A stretch of DNA of 64,000 nucleotides from assembly GCA_963824385.1 (NCBI GenBank), contig CAWGPD010000004.1, forward strand, positions 1 to 64,000, given 5' to 3'. Positions 50,823 to 61,052 of the stretch are shown here, piece by piece. Positions within the stretch are counted from its first letter, which is position 1. Every line of letters starts with the position of its first letter. Made by a program: the position numbers and the translations under genes. The notes beneath the pieces were generated by a model. It had not been told where the DNA came from. It was given only the letters and a program-made list of their open reading frames with translations, and searched no databases. The stretch is from an uncultured Nitrososphaerota archaeon. GTDB taxonomy: Archaea > Thermoproteota > Nitrososphaeria > Nitrososphaerales > Nitrosopumilaceae.

Positions 50823-51416
50823 TCATATTAAAGAAGTATTCGGTTTAGTTAGCACTTGTTTTTTAATAAAAGGCATTATACCATCATCCAGTTTCAGATG
50901 ACTTCTTTTACCCTCAGCCATGGCATATGTATCTCCCTCGTATGTACAAATAAAATCAGTTACAGGGTATTTTTCATCCCATATTTTAAAAAATTCTCGA
51001 AGCTCTCGATGTTCATATATTCCAGTTCCAATTCTTTTCTTGGATGAGAATTTGAAAGCAACAATCATTTTTCTTGTCTGATACAACTCAAAAGTATGTA
51101 TCCACTTCAAACAACGCTGTATCTGATCAAAAGGCACTCTCAAGGTGGTACTTGTACCAGATTTTGCCTCTATTGTGTAAATTGTGTTTTCCTTGGTACT
51201 TACTGCCAGAATATCAGGCAGCCCCACACTGGGAGAACCGAGTCTAAATGCTTTCCAGCCTTCAAGTGCATTGAATCTTTTAACAAGTGTATCTTCCCAA
51301 TTATATCCCCGTTGCCTTCTGGTTCGTGCAATTCTTTGATTAGTTTTTTTACTATTTTTCTTACGAAGTTTGGGTTCAATGCCATTCAAAGCAGTTTGTT
51401 CTATAGACGTCACCAT
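50823..51416 (-). CDS. Holliday junction resolvase (Hjc-like PD-(D/E)XK nuclease)
   Basis: RGYNWE, PDILA, IEAKS motif. Confidence 0.82.
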   Translation of the reverse strand: MVTSIEQTALNGIEPKLRKKNSKKTNQRIARTRRQRGYNWEDTLVKRFNALEGWKAFRLGSPSVGLPDILAVSTKENTIYTIEAKSGTSTTLRVPFDQIQRCLKWIHTFELYQTRKMIVAFKFSSKKRIGTGIYEHRELREFFKIWDEKYPVTDFICTYEGDTYAMAEGKRSHLKLDDGIMPFIKKQVLTKPNTSLI

Positions 51417-51611
51417 GTCTTGTGATAATATTAGAGAATTTTGGTGATATAGACTTCATGGTAATTATAGTAACACCTAGACCAGTATTTTTTACAACTT
51501 GTAGGCCATCGCCTTTACAGTTCAGAGCATATTCGTAGATAATAGATTATTTCAAAAAACTGGTCAGGGCATACTCAGCATTAATATGTCATTATTTGAA
51601 ACAACAGAAAC

Positions 51612-51947
51612 ATGTCAACAAATGATGCTCAGATCACATATCTAAAGTACAAAGAATATGGAGATCTTCTAAAAGTAATCTTATATTCATCACAATCAGT
51701 TCTAGGTGCCGTACCTTTGATTTATCATCTAAATCATAATAATCTGAATATCATTTTCATTCAGACAGGAACTATAGGAGGAAACGTCATACATTATCTT
51801 GTGACCAACGGTCCACCCACAAAGAAATTCATAGAATTGAAGAGACTTACTGGAGATTTCCATTTTGTTGACAAGATAGGAACAGATGGCATGTCTTTGT
51901 ACATACCAATTTTAGAATTAGAGAAATCCAATCTCAAATTTCCCTGA
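51612..51947 (+). CDS. Hypothetical protein
   Basis: 111-aa ORF. Confidence 0.7.
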   Translation: MSTNDAQITYLKYKEYGDLLKVILYSSQSVLGAVPLIYHLNHNNLNIIFIQTGTIGGNVIHYLVTNGPPTKKFIELKRLTGDFHFVDKIGTDGMSLYIPILELEKSNLKFP

Positions 51948-51962
51948 TGGCGTATCTTTTCT

Positions 51963-52283
51963 CTAATCTGATTGGAAAACAAATTTTGGGGCTTTGTCGT
52001 AATCACAATATTTTAGTGTCAGATTTTGCCCTTCAATCAGATTAGAATTTCCCTCAAGAGTTCCAAATACGCGTATGCTATTTTCAAATTCTCCTATGCA
52101 GAAATATGTTCCATCTTTGCTAGAAAGTTCTACAAGTGTTGCTTTTTTTGAAACAGGTCTCCATATGACATCTCCAAAGCATTTATTGCAATAATCACTT
52201 GGAGGCCACACCAGGTGCTTACATTTGACACATTCACTACAGACAAAATTATTATTTTTTAATTCAGTTTCAAATCTAGTCAT
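51963..52283 (-). CDS. DUF35 zinc-ribbon/OB-fold protein (thiolase partner)
   Basis: C..C....WPP..YC..C; translationally coupled to the thiolase. Confidence 0.88.
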   Translation of the reverse strand: MTRFETELKNNNFVCSECVKCKHLVWPPSDYCNKCFGDVIWRPVSKKATLVELSSKDGTYFCIGEFENSIRVFGTLEGNSNLIEGQNLTLKYCDYDKAPKFVFQSD

Positions 52284-53389
52284 GATTCTAATACCATAAC
52301 AGTTGATGAGGTAGATCCTGCAGACATGTTATGTACAAGGCCTGTTTTTGCACCAGATACTTGTCTTTTTTGGGCATTTCCGTCCAATTGCTGATAAATT
52401 TCAACCACTTGTGCTATCCCAGTTGCACCTAGTGGGTGTCCTGCACCAATCAACCCCCCTCTGGGATTTATTTTCTTATTACTTGTATCGTACAAATCTC
52501 GAACAAATTTTGCGCCTTGTCCTTTTTCACAAAACCCCATGTCTTCCAATTCAATAATTTCGCATACACTAAATGCGTCATGAAGCTCTACAACATCTAC
52601 ATCTTTTGAAGTCTTATGAGACATTTTGTATGCATCTGCAACTGCAGTCTTTGTTGATTCCATTGACGCTAAATCATTATTTTTTGTAAAACTTGCAGAG
52701 ATAGTCTTCTGGCCAATTCCAGTTATCCATATTGGAGTATCAGTATATTTCGTCGCTTTTTCTTCTGAGCAGATTAAAACTGCGGCAGAACCATCACATG
52801 GCATAGAACAATCTAACAATCTTATATTTTCTGTAAGATTTTTGGAATGCATTACATCATCAAGAGAGAATGATCTTTCAAAATATGCTGATGGATTATC
52901 TAATGCGTTTTTATGATTTTTAATAGACACATATGCAAGATCTTCAAGACTTGTTCCATATTTTCTCATATGTGCACTTGTAAACATAGATGCCCAAAAA
53001 ATAGGATGATTGAATTCTCCTCTGGACATATCCCAATTTAGAACAAGACCGGGGTTATCTGTTTTCTCAGCACCTACAACAAGCGCAGTATCTGCAAGTC
53101 CAGATGAAATATAAGCATATGCAGATACTAGTGAGTTCGTTCCAGAATTACACAAACTTTCAACTGAATGAGATATTTTTGGTTTGATTCCAGATAACTC
53201 TGATATAATATTTGCCAGATAATTTTTATTTGCGTTTGTTGAGGTAAGCACCACATCAACATCTTTCTGGTCTAAATTTTTAGTATTTTCAAATATTGGC
53301 TTGATAGATGATAACATCATCGAATCTAATGATTTTTCAGATTTATTGAATTTAGTAATACCTGATGCAACAATTGCCACCCTTTTCAT
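52280..53389 (-). CDS. Acetyl-CoA acetyltransferase (archaeal/SCP2-type thiolase)
   Basis: VESLCNSG, KNH.NA..NP.A, DGSAAV, ELHDAF, GHPLGATG. Confidence 0.92.
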   Translation of the reverse strand: MKRVAIVASGITKFNKSEKSLDSMMLSSIKPIFENTKNLDQKDVDVVLTSTNANKNYLANIISELSGIKPKISHSVESLCNSGTNSLVSAYAYISSGLADTALVVGAEKTDNPGLVLNWDMSRGEFNHPIFWASMFTSAHMRKYGTSLEDLAYVSIKNHKNALDNPSAYFERSFSLDDVMHSKNLTENIRLLDCSMPCDGSAAVLICSEEKATKYTDTPIWITGIGQKTISASFTKNNDLASMESTKTAVADAYKMSHKTSKDVDVVELHDAFSVCEIIELEDMGFCEKGQGAKFVRDLYDTSNKKINPRGGLIGAGHPLGATGIAQVVEIYQQLDGNAQKRQVSGAKTGLVHNMSAGSTSSTVMVLES

Positions 53390-54366
53390 TTCATATCACT
53401 TGCAAGTGTTCTAGTTAACATATCAAAAGATTCCCGTACATTGCCAACAGGATTGAATTGAAGTATGGGCAAATCCACTCCAACTTCCATAAATTGTAGT
53501 ATTTTTCTTTGAATATCTTCAGGTGTTCCACATACTGATAAAGAATTTGCCATGTCATCTGTTACAAATTTATAGCTGTCCTTCAAACCATTTTTTTTAT
53601 ACTCGTCAAATATTGCCATTGTTTCATTTTGAAATCCATTAGATGCCAAAAATTCACGATAAATACTTCCTACTGAAACATAAAATGCTATTGTCTGCTT
53701 TGCTCGCGTAATTGCTTTTTCAGAATCTTCAGAAACACAGGTTATTAATTGACATGTAACATCAATTTTTTTCTTGGACTGCATTTTTTTGATTGTCTTC
53801 TTTAATTCTTGCAATGGTCTTAGATAGAATATAACACCATTGGCTATTTCCCAAGTAAGGTCTACCATTTTTTCATTTATCGCTGCAAGATAGATTGGAA
53901 TTTCTTTTCTAGGCGGAATAATTAACAGACCAAAGTTCTTGAGGTTATAAAACTCCCCCTTGTAAGATGTTTTTTCTCCTGAAATTATGAGGCGTATTAT
54001 CTCAACATATTCACGCATTCTTTGTACTGGATTTTTAAATTCCAAACCGTGCCAGTCTTCGACAATCGATTTACTGCTTGTGCCCAAGCCAAGAATAAAT
54101 CTACCATTAGACAAAGTATCAATAGTTGCAGCAGACATGGCTATCAAAGCAGGGCTTCTCGAGTAAATATTGATAATAGATGAGCCCAACTTGGGTTTTT
54201 TTGACATATTTGAAATACCCGATAAAATTGAACTACAATCCATTCCCCACGTTTCTGGGATCCAGATAGAATCTACAGAATAATTGTTTAACACTTTTGC
54301 ACAATCAAATATCTCTTCAACAGACAAGAGAGAACCTAGACTAAATCCAAGTCTCATACTACTCAC
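53386..54366 (-). CDS. LLM-class (probably F420-dependent) oxidoreductase
   Basis: WIPE.WG, R.P..IAM.AATID.LS.GRF.LGLG, PIYLAA motifs. Confidence 0.88.
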   Translation of the reverse strand: MSSMRLGFSLGSLLSVEEIFDCAKVLNNYSVDSIWIPETWGMDCSSILSGISNMSKKPKLGSSIINIYSRSPALIAMSAATIDTLSNGRFILGLGTSSKSIVEDWHGLEFKNPVQRMREYVEIIRLIISGEKTSYKGEFYNLKNFGLLIIPPRKEIPIYLAAINEKMVDLTWEIANGVIFYLRPLQELKKTIKKMQSKKKIDVTCQLITCVSEDSEKAITRAKQTIAFYVSVGSIYREFLASNGFQNETMAIFDEYKKNGLKDSYKFVTDDMANSLSVCGTPEDIQRKILQFMEVGVDLPILQFNPVGNVRESFDMLTRTLASDMK

Positions 54367-55052
54367 TTGGTAGATAGGAATTTTTCATAATGATTAGATA
54401 TCATGAGAGATTCACAATCCTCCATATCTTTGTAAGAATCGACAGATTTCCAAAAAACATTGGAATATTTTACGGCATTTAATGTACCATGTTCGGCAAG
54501 AACTGGAAAAGTGGTGTGTTCTAGATTGCCATCCGTGGGAAGATGTTTTACAATGTCTTTTTTCAAATAATAAATACCCGCATTCATCCAATAATTTGAT
54601 ATTTCTGGTTTTTCTTCAAATCTTTCAACTTTTGTTCCATTGAGATGTACAATCCCAAACATAGTTCGAAGAGGTATAACTGCAACAGAATTTCGATGCG
54701 TTTTTAATTTTCTCAAATCAAGATTTGTTATAACATCACCGTTTGCTACAAAAAAGTCATCAGTGTCAATAAATTTGGCAGCTTTTTTTATGGCGCCAGC
54801 AGTTCCAAGAGGTTCTTTTTCAACAGAATATTCCAATTTGACTCCGAGATTCTTGCTTTCCAGATGTTTTCGTATCTGTTCCGCCCTGTATCCGGCACAA
54901 ACTATGATCTCTTTTATTCCAAATTTCTTAAAATAACGTATCTGCCATTCAATAATCGGATAATTACAAAGAGGTATTAGCGGTTTAGGCAAATAATCTG
55001 TCAAAGGTTTGAGTCTCTTACCAAATCCTCCAGAAAGAAGCAATGCTTTCAC
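54363..55052 (-). CDS. Sugar-phosphate nucleotidyltransferase
   Basis: LLSGGFGKRL.PLT...PKPL, EPLGTAGA, NGD, F.EKP, NAGIY. Confidence 0.9.
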   Translation of the reverse strand: MKALLLSGGFGKRLKPLTDYLPKPLIPLCNYPIIEWQIRYFKKFGIKEIIVCAGYRAEQIRKHLESKNLGVKLEYSVEKEPLGTAGAIKKAAKFIDTDDFFVANGDVITNLDLRKLKTHRNSVAVIPLRTMFGIVHLNGTKVERFEEKPEISNYWMNAGIYYLKKDIVKHLPTDGNLEHTTFPVLAEHGTLNAVKYSNVFWKSVDSYKDMEDCESLMISNHYEKFLSTK

Positions 55053-55129
55053 AAAAATAGAGTCAATAGATTTGAATTAAAAGATTTGGAAAAATCATCT
55101 TCATGTATCACTAAAAAGGTACAAATTAT

Positions 55130-55258
55130 TCAGATTTTTTTCTCAGTAATGTAATAATGTAATTCAGTATAGCATTCTACACAATAATCCTCATCTTGAG
55201 TATGCTCACAGTCATACACTTTACTTACATCCTTGCCACATTTAGTACAATTTGCCAC
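55130..55258 (-). CDS. 42-aa zinc-binding microprotein
   Basis: Manual translation (GTG start) MANCTKCGKDVSKVYDCEHTQDEDYCVECYTELHYYITEKKI*. Confidence 0.6.
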   Translation of the reverse strand: MANCTKCGKDVSKVYDCEHTQDEDYCVECYTELHYYITEKKI

Positions 55259-55326
55259 AGTCTTAATTATTCAGACCAGTCTTTGAATATTTCCTCAGTG
55301 ATATACAGAATCAACGTAGAGAAAAG

Positions 55327-55713
55327 TTAACTTCGACTTCTGATTTTGATTATACCCAATACGGCAATTATGATTCCAATTCCCAAGACTGCCCCAAACT
55401 CTCGTACTGCACGTGAGTCTTGAGTCTGGCTACCTTGCAATGCAAGTATTATTCCAGTGCCTACTATTATCAGTCCACCTCCAATTATTATCAAAATACC
55501 TAGTTTTTTTGAGGGTTCTTTTCTTGTGATAAAAAAAGAAATTATCAGTAATGCAGAGGGAATTATTCCAAAGATTGAGCCCCTTGCAGATACACTCATT
55601 GGAAGAAATCCTGTCTTCCCACCATTGGCCGCAATCACGTCAAAGCCATAAATTGAAAGCATTACTATTGATATCACGGAGATTATAATGGCAATCTTTA
55701 GTTTCATACACAA
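55327..55713 (-). CDS. Hypothetical four-helix membrane protein
   Basis: Four hydrophobic segments. Confidence 0.75.
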   Translation of the reverse strand: MCMKLKIAIIISVISIVMLSIYGFDVIAANGGKTGFLPMSVSARGSIFGIIPSALLIISFFITRKEPSKKLGILIIIGGGLIIVGTGIILALQGSQTQDSRAVREFGAVLGIGIIIAVLGIIKIRSRS

Positions 55714-55773
55714 GACGTTCTCTGGATATAGCTAATAAACCTTAGATGCGCCTTAGTAGATAACAGAATGAAA

Positions 55774-56466
55774 TTAGTGAAACAATTTAATCGTGTTAAA
55801 TATGATGTCTCCAAAAATTAGCTGGACTACAAATCCTCCAAAAATATAGATCACGTATGGAATTCCGGGTGTAACCCAAGTGTCAGGAGAAGAACAAAAC
55901 TCGGTACTATCGGCATTTTTCATTCCAAAATTCATCTTTTTTATGTTTCCTTCCCGCGTTTCAATGGAAAAACTAAACTGAGGATGTTTTGAACGATGTC
56001 CTACAAACATGGCAAAAATCTTGTTCTTTCTGGATTCATTTTCAAATCCCTTGAAGATATCATCATGTCGAATTAATGAAACTATGTTTCGTAGTATGTT
56101 TATCACTACGGGTATGATAGAAAGTATTATTGTATTAGTCAGAGTTGTAAACGGATTTACTTGAGATGCTGTAAATGTAGAACCCGGAGCAAGAGCTGCT
56201 AAAACAATGAGTGCAAAAGCATCAGCACCTCCGAAGAAGCCAAATCTCCATATTACTAGTGCAACAGGTGCCACAATCAGAGATATTCCAATCATCCAAA
56301 GCGAATTTGAAATATTTGAAGTAAAAAATAAAATAACAAATGCCAAACCACCAAAAATCATCCATATTCTATCATCTATCTCTCTCTTTTTAACATCCGT
56401 ATAGGATGCAATACCAAGCATGATTACTGCTAGAATAATTCTAACACTATTCACATCAAACATCAT
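55774..56466 (-). CDS. Prepilin/prearchaellin peptidase (A24, PibD/FlaK-like)
   Basis: ASYTD.K.REI first Asp, GGAD second Asp, WVTPGIPY C-terminal motif. Confidence 0.88.
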   Translation of the reverse strand: MMFDVNSVRIILAVIMLGIASYTDVKKREIDDRIWMIFGGLAFVILFFTSNISNSLWMIGISLIVAPVALVIWRFGFFGGADAFALIVLAALAPGSTFTASQVNPFTTLTNTIILSIIPVVINILRNIVSLIRHDDIFKGFENESRKNKIFAMFVGHRSKHPQFSFSIETREGNIKKMNFGMKNADSTEFCSSPDTWVTPGIPYVIYIFGGFVVQLIFGDIIFNTIKLFH

Positions 56467-57290
56467 TACATATCACAATCCATGACTAGAATAAATTTAC
56501 GCATCTCAAATTTATTTATAGATATACCTTAATTATTTGGAGTGGTTTATCAATACAATCTTTCTTTACATGAATACGAAAATCCATGCCAAAATATAAA
56601 CCAAAATCAACATGTGTACAATTACAGCAGTTATGAAAAGAATTTGCATACGAATTAAAAATATCTTGAAACAACAAATGCTTCAAACATATGAAATAAC
56701 CTAATTTAATCATCATACGGTATAATCATCTAAAATTCATAGAGAACTGACGGGGGTCGGTATAGATCTGCATCTAAATTTCTGCCCCATCAATTCAATA
56801 TGTAATAGTGTCTTATCTCTATTAGATGATGTATGTTTATTAAAAATAAACAGATTTTTCAGTAGACACATTTTCAAACCATTATGATGTATATTGTAAT
56901 AGTATGAGAGAAATTTGAATTTAGACTATTTTACGAAAAATTGATAACAGAATATAAAAATCCATCTTGTTCGTGTTTGTTTGTTACATACACACAGTTA
57001 CTGATATCATGGTCTAGATGTTACTTCTCTATGACTTCAATCTCAGCAACAATGGAACTCCCTTTCCAGATGGCAGTTGTCAACTGCAATAGACAAAACA
57101 GGAATACCACGCGATCAATCTGCTTATATATCAACAACAATAGTTATCGATCTACAATGATCGCTATGAGCGCACCTGATCTTCATATAGAAAACAGTTA
57201 CATGCCTAGTTTTGAAGAAAAAAACACATTGTGGCACAATTTAATAGGGAATTACGATCAGAAATTTTATAATTTTAGGAGTGTTTTGTC

Positions 57291-58103
57291 TTGAATACTG
57301 AAGAAGATCTTTTTTCAACTCTGAAATATTTTGGTCTAGAAGGAGACGATGCTAAGATTTACCTAGGTTTGCTGAGAACAGGAGAAGTAACAGTTGGAAG
57401 TCTATCTGCAAAATTGGATGTAGATAGAGGGAAGACATACAGAGCACTTACAAAATTGCGAAATCTAGGATTGATTACAACAACACTTTCCAATCCGACT
57501 ATATGTAAAGCAGTAAATCCTGAAGAAGCATTCAATGGAATTATTCAGAAAAAACAAGATGAGATTACAACTATGGGAAAACTTTCCAAACAGGTTGTTG
57601 CAAGTCTTGAAGAATTAAAGCGACCAACTCCAGATAATTCCATGTCGTCATTTTCAATCATACAAGGCAGATCAAATATCTATGCAAGAATTGGCAAACT
57701 GGTAACAGAAGCAAACGATGTCGTATATGTAGTAAGCACCGTAGAAGACATAATGAGAATGTATCATACTGCCATTCCGGAAAAGATTAAAGACTGTATC
57801 AAAAGAGGCGGCGAAGTTAGAATAATCACAGAAGTAGAAAATAAACAAGCAATTAGTCTAATACAAAAATTAGGTGCTACTGAAACAAGATTGGGCAAAC
57901 TACCATCAAAAGGAAGAATGGTTGCAGAAAAAGACAAACAAATTGTAATGTCTGGTTCAATGAAAGGAACGATGGATTTGAATGATGACGCGGATTCAAT
58001 TGTACATACAAACTCCACAGAGATAGTAAATAACATATTCAGTCTCTGTGAACACCTGTGGAAGAAATCAAAACCTGTTGAAATGGTATATCAATCAGCA
58101 TGA
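57291..58103 (+). CDS. TrmB family transcriptional regulator
   Basis: L..FGL...DAKIY..LL..G, R.K.YR.L..L...GL wHTH; C-terminal effector domain with VRIIT. Confidence 0.88.
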   Translation: MNTEEDLFSTLKYFGLEGDDAKIYLGLLRTGEVTVGSLSAKLDVDRGKTYRALTKLRNLGLITTTLSNPTICKAVNPEEAFNGIIQKKQDEITTMGKLSKQVVASLEELKRPTPDNSMSSFSIIQGRSNIYARIGKLVTEANDVVYVVSTVEDIMRMYHTAIPEKIKDCIKRGGEVRIITEVENKQAISLIQKLGATETRLGKLPSKGRMVAEKDKQIVMSGSMKGTMDLNDDADSIVHTNSTEIVNNIFSLCEHLWKKSKPVEMVYQSA

Positions 58104-58227
58104 TATACTTTACAATCAAATCAGATTCAAAATTTCATTTAATCAAATTAGATCTATTACAAATCTAGATTCGTTCAGAATAATCATACACCATCTTATA
58201 TTATATTTTAAAGTGTTATTTTTAGAA

Positions 58228-60870
58228 TTGAAAGCCATAGTCCTAATGCTAATTGTATTAGTCAGTGTTGGAATGATGAAAGCGTATGCAGATGATGGGT
58301 ACAGCTTTGGAGTAAGACTGATTCCTCAAAAACTGATTGAGAATTCAGAGGGCACGTTACAGGTTTACGCATTACACAATGGACATATTTCTCCACAAAA
58401 AATTCAAAACATGATATATTCTTCAAGTGATTCATCAGTATTACAAATAATTGGAGTTGAAAACAGTAATGATGGTTTTACCACCAACATTAAATTAATT
58501 ACATCAAATCATGGAACTGCAAATATTGAATTAGGAGCACCTGGATTTTCTTCAAGTCAAGTGCCAGTAACAGTTTATGGAAATAGCAATTACCCTACAA
58601 AATTACTAGTGCAATCCACCCCTTCGACTTTTTCAGTCAACGGTCCACATGAAGGATATTTCACAGTAGAATTGGCAAATAATGATGGGACACCTGCAAT
58701 TACAGATAATGATATTCTAATCAGTCTTACAACATCAGACAACAAAGTGATTACATTAACTGCCCCGCAAATTATCGTAAAGGCTGGAACGTATTATGGA
58801 ATAGGCAAATTTGAAGTAAAAGAACCAGGTACTGCACAAATATTTGCATCAGGAGAATCATTACAATCTGCAGATTCTACTGTAACAGTCATCCAAAATG
58901 GCTCCCCACATATTCAGATGTTCGTGTATCCTCAGGTAATCAATACTTATCAAGCATCCATAGGATATGTAATCACACAATTAACAGATTCATCAGGCAA
59001 TCTAATGCCAGCAAAAGAAGACATTACAATTCCTGTGAACGTCCTTGATCCTCCTAGTAATGAGACAAATTCAAGTCCCATCTTACATGATGTTACGGCA
59101 TACAACCCAATTGTAATAAAGAAAGGGTCCTATTGGGGATATACCAATTTAGCTGTAAGAGCGGGAGCTAATGCAACTTATACAGTAACTGCATCTGTTC
59201 CAAGCGGATATGTTAATCCAGGACCTGGACAGGTAACTACGGCCACAGGTAAATTTTATGATGACAAATCAGCAGTATTGAGTATTTTACCAATATTGGC
59301 CACTGGAAATGATGAGTTGATAGGCGTCGTACAGTTACAGGATCAAAGTGGAAATCCAGTCATAGCAAGCCATGATCTACAGGTAGAAATAGACTCATCA
59401 GATCCAGATACAATTTCAGTGGACAATGCCATCATGAATAAAGGGACGGGGGTCGCTCTAGTGTTTGCCAAGGTCGGTACAAACATTCCACCACTATTGC
59501 CAGGCATAAGCTCCACGATGATTGCATGCCCAACTTCGACATCAACCACGTCGACATCAACTACGACATCAACCACTTCAACATCAGGATGTAGTACCAT
59601 TACAGGATCTACCGCTCCAGGTATAACATTAACTACAACACCACAACCATTAGTAGGCACCAGTGGTGTTACAGGTGCAGTATCACTACATGTAGTTACA
59701 TATAATGAGCAAACTGTTTACCCCACCATGTTCTTACTCAATAGTAATTCACTTAATCTTGTAGCGCAGTCCCTAATTCCAAATATACTAGGTAACAGTA
59801 ATTTTCCTGTTGCTACATACCTAAAGGATTCGTCGGGTGCAATGACATACTTTTCAGATGATTCAGATCTTAATATTTTGGCTAATGATTATTTTTCAAT
59901 CCCACAAACTACAATACATAAGGGAGACACTGCAGTTGTATCAGAAGCCGATTCCTTAAAGGATGGTTCAACATCCCTTACTTTTATTGCAGGAAATTAT
60001 CAAACATCATTAAATCTCCAGACAAGTAGTACTTCGGCGTCTCAAGTAGCACTAAATTGTTCCAACCCAATTTTTCTCAATATGCCAAATACCATGACTG
60101 TTCAGATTTTTGATTCAAAGTCAAATCCAGTATTTGCTCAAAAAGATATCACCCTAAAATTAGTTTCAACTAACAATCAAATTTTGACACTTCCAGATAA
60201 TGTAACAATCTCAAAAGGACAGTATTATACAACATTTGATGTAACACCAAATTCCATAGGCACGGTACAAGCATCCATCATAGCTGATGACTTGCCTCTT
60301 TCAACATACAAGATTTCAGTAGGTAGTCTGTCTCCAACTTTGAAAATAATCGCACCAAAGTCAGTGTTACCAGGAGACACATTTGTTGCGAGTGTCATAG
60401 CAAAGAATCATGGAGATCCATTAAACAATATGAATATTCAGTGGAAAGTAAACGGTGCAAGTATCCAATCTAGTGACAGTGTAACAAATCAAAATGGAAC
60501 TGCAAACATTGTTTTAGTTCCCAATTCTGGTAGTTCTATCAATCTAGATGTAAACGCTACTGGTTTAGGATACATCCCAGCACCCATTAGTAAGATCATA
60601 ACAATTAATGAAACTGGCTCTAGTTTACCAGTACCAAATAGAAATAGTTCAAGCGTAAATGGTTCCAGTGTGAATGGATCCAGTGGAATTAACCCCAATA
60701 TGTCATCATCTGTAGGAATCCAATCGATATTAAAATTATTCAAAGTCAACGGAATAGACACATTACCAATATTGGTACTTGGCACAATAGCAGCAGGCGG
60801 AGTACTTGTCAAGAAGAACAGCATACTATCACGTAAAACTCAATCAAACACAGGGATAAAATCAAGATAA
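58228..60870 (+). CDS. Large secreted beta-rich surface protein with C-terminal membrane anchor
   Basis: Signal peptide ending AYA, repeated P..A..DI.I.L.SS Ig/invasin-like units, C-terminal TM plus basic tail. Confidence 0.82.
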   Translation: MKAIVLMLIVLVSVGMMKAYADDGYSFGVRLIPQKLIENSEGTLQVYALHNGHISPQKIQNMIYSSSDSSVLQIIGVENSNDGFTTNIKLITSNHGTANIELGAPGFSSSQVPVTVYGNSNYPTKLLVQSTPSTFSVNGPHEGYFTVELANNDGTPAITDNDILISLTTSDNKVITLTAPQIIVKAGTYYGIGKFEVKEPGTAQIFASGESLQSADSTVTVIQNGSPHIQMFVYPQVINTYQASIGYVITQLTDSSGNLMPAKEDITIPVNVLDPPSNETNSSPILHDVTAYNPIVIKKGSYWGYTNLAVRAGANATYTVTASVPSGYVNPGPGQVTTATGKFYDDKSAVLSILPILATGNDELIGVVQLQDQSGNPVIASHDLQVEIDSSDPDTISVDNAIMNKGTGVALVFAKVGTNIPPLLPGISSTMIACPTSTSTTSTSTTTSTTSTSGCSTITGSTAPGITLTTTPQPLVGTSGVTGAVSLHVVTYNEQTVYPTMFLLNSNSLNLVAQSLIPNILGNSNFPVATYLKDSSGAMTYFSDDSDLNILANDYFSIPQTTIHKGDTAVVSEADSLKDGSTSLTFIAGNYQTSLNLQTSSTSASQVALNCSNPIFLNMPNTMTVQIFDSKSNPVFAQKDITLKLVSTNNQILTLPDNVTISKGQYYTTFDVTPNSIGTVQASIIADDLPLSTYKISVGSLSPTLKIIAPKSVLPGDTFVASVIAKNHGDPLNNMNIQWKVNGASIQSSDSVTNQNGTANIVLVPNSGSSINLDVNATGLGYIPAPISKIITINETGSSLPVPNRNSSSVNGSSVNGSSGINPNMSSSVGIQSILKLFKVNGIDTLPILVLGTIAAGGVLVKKNSILSRKTQSNTGIKSR

Positions 60871-61052
60871 GACAGTTTTTGACATAGATAACTAATCCAA
60901 ATTTTAAAAGATACAATGTGTTGTAATAATAAATCAAACACAAGTATGTTCAATGCGAACATACTAAAAATTATCATTAGAAAGTTTTAATTGAAAATAA
61001 TGAAACCCACGTCTCACAATCAAATTTTTCTCACACCTAGGAGCAATCACGA

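Noticed and set aside
56941..57294. 117-aa ORF upstream of TrmB
   Set aside because: The N-terminal part looks non-coding; at most a short C-terminal ORF overlapping the TrmB start is real, and there is no motif support.
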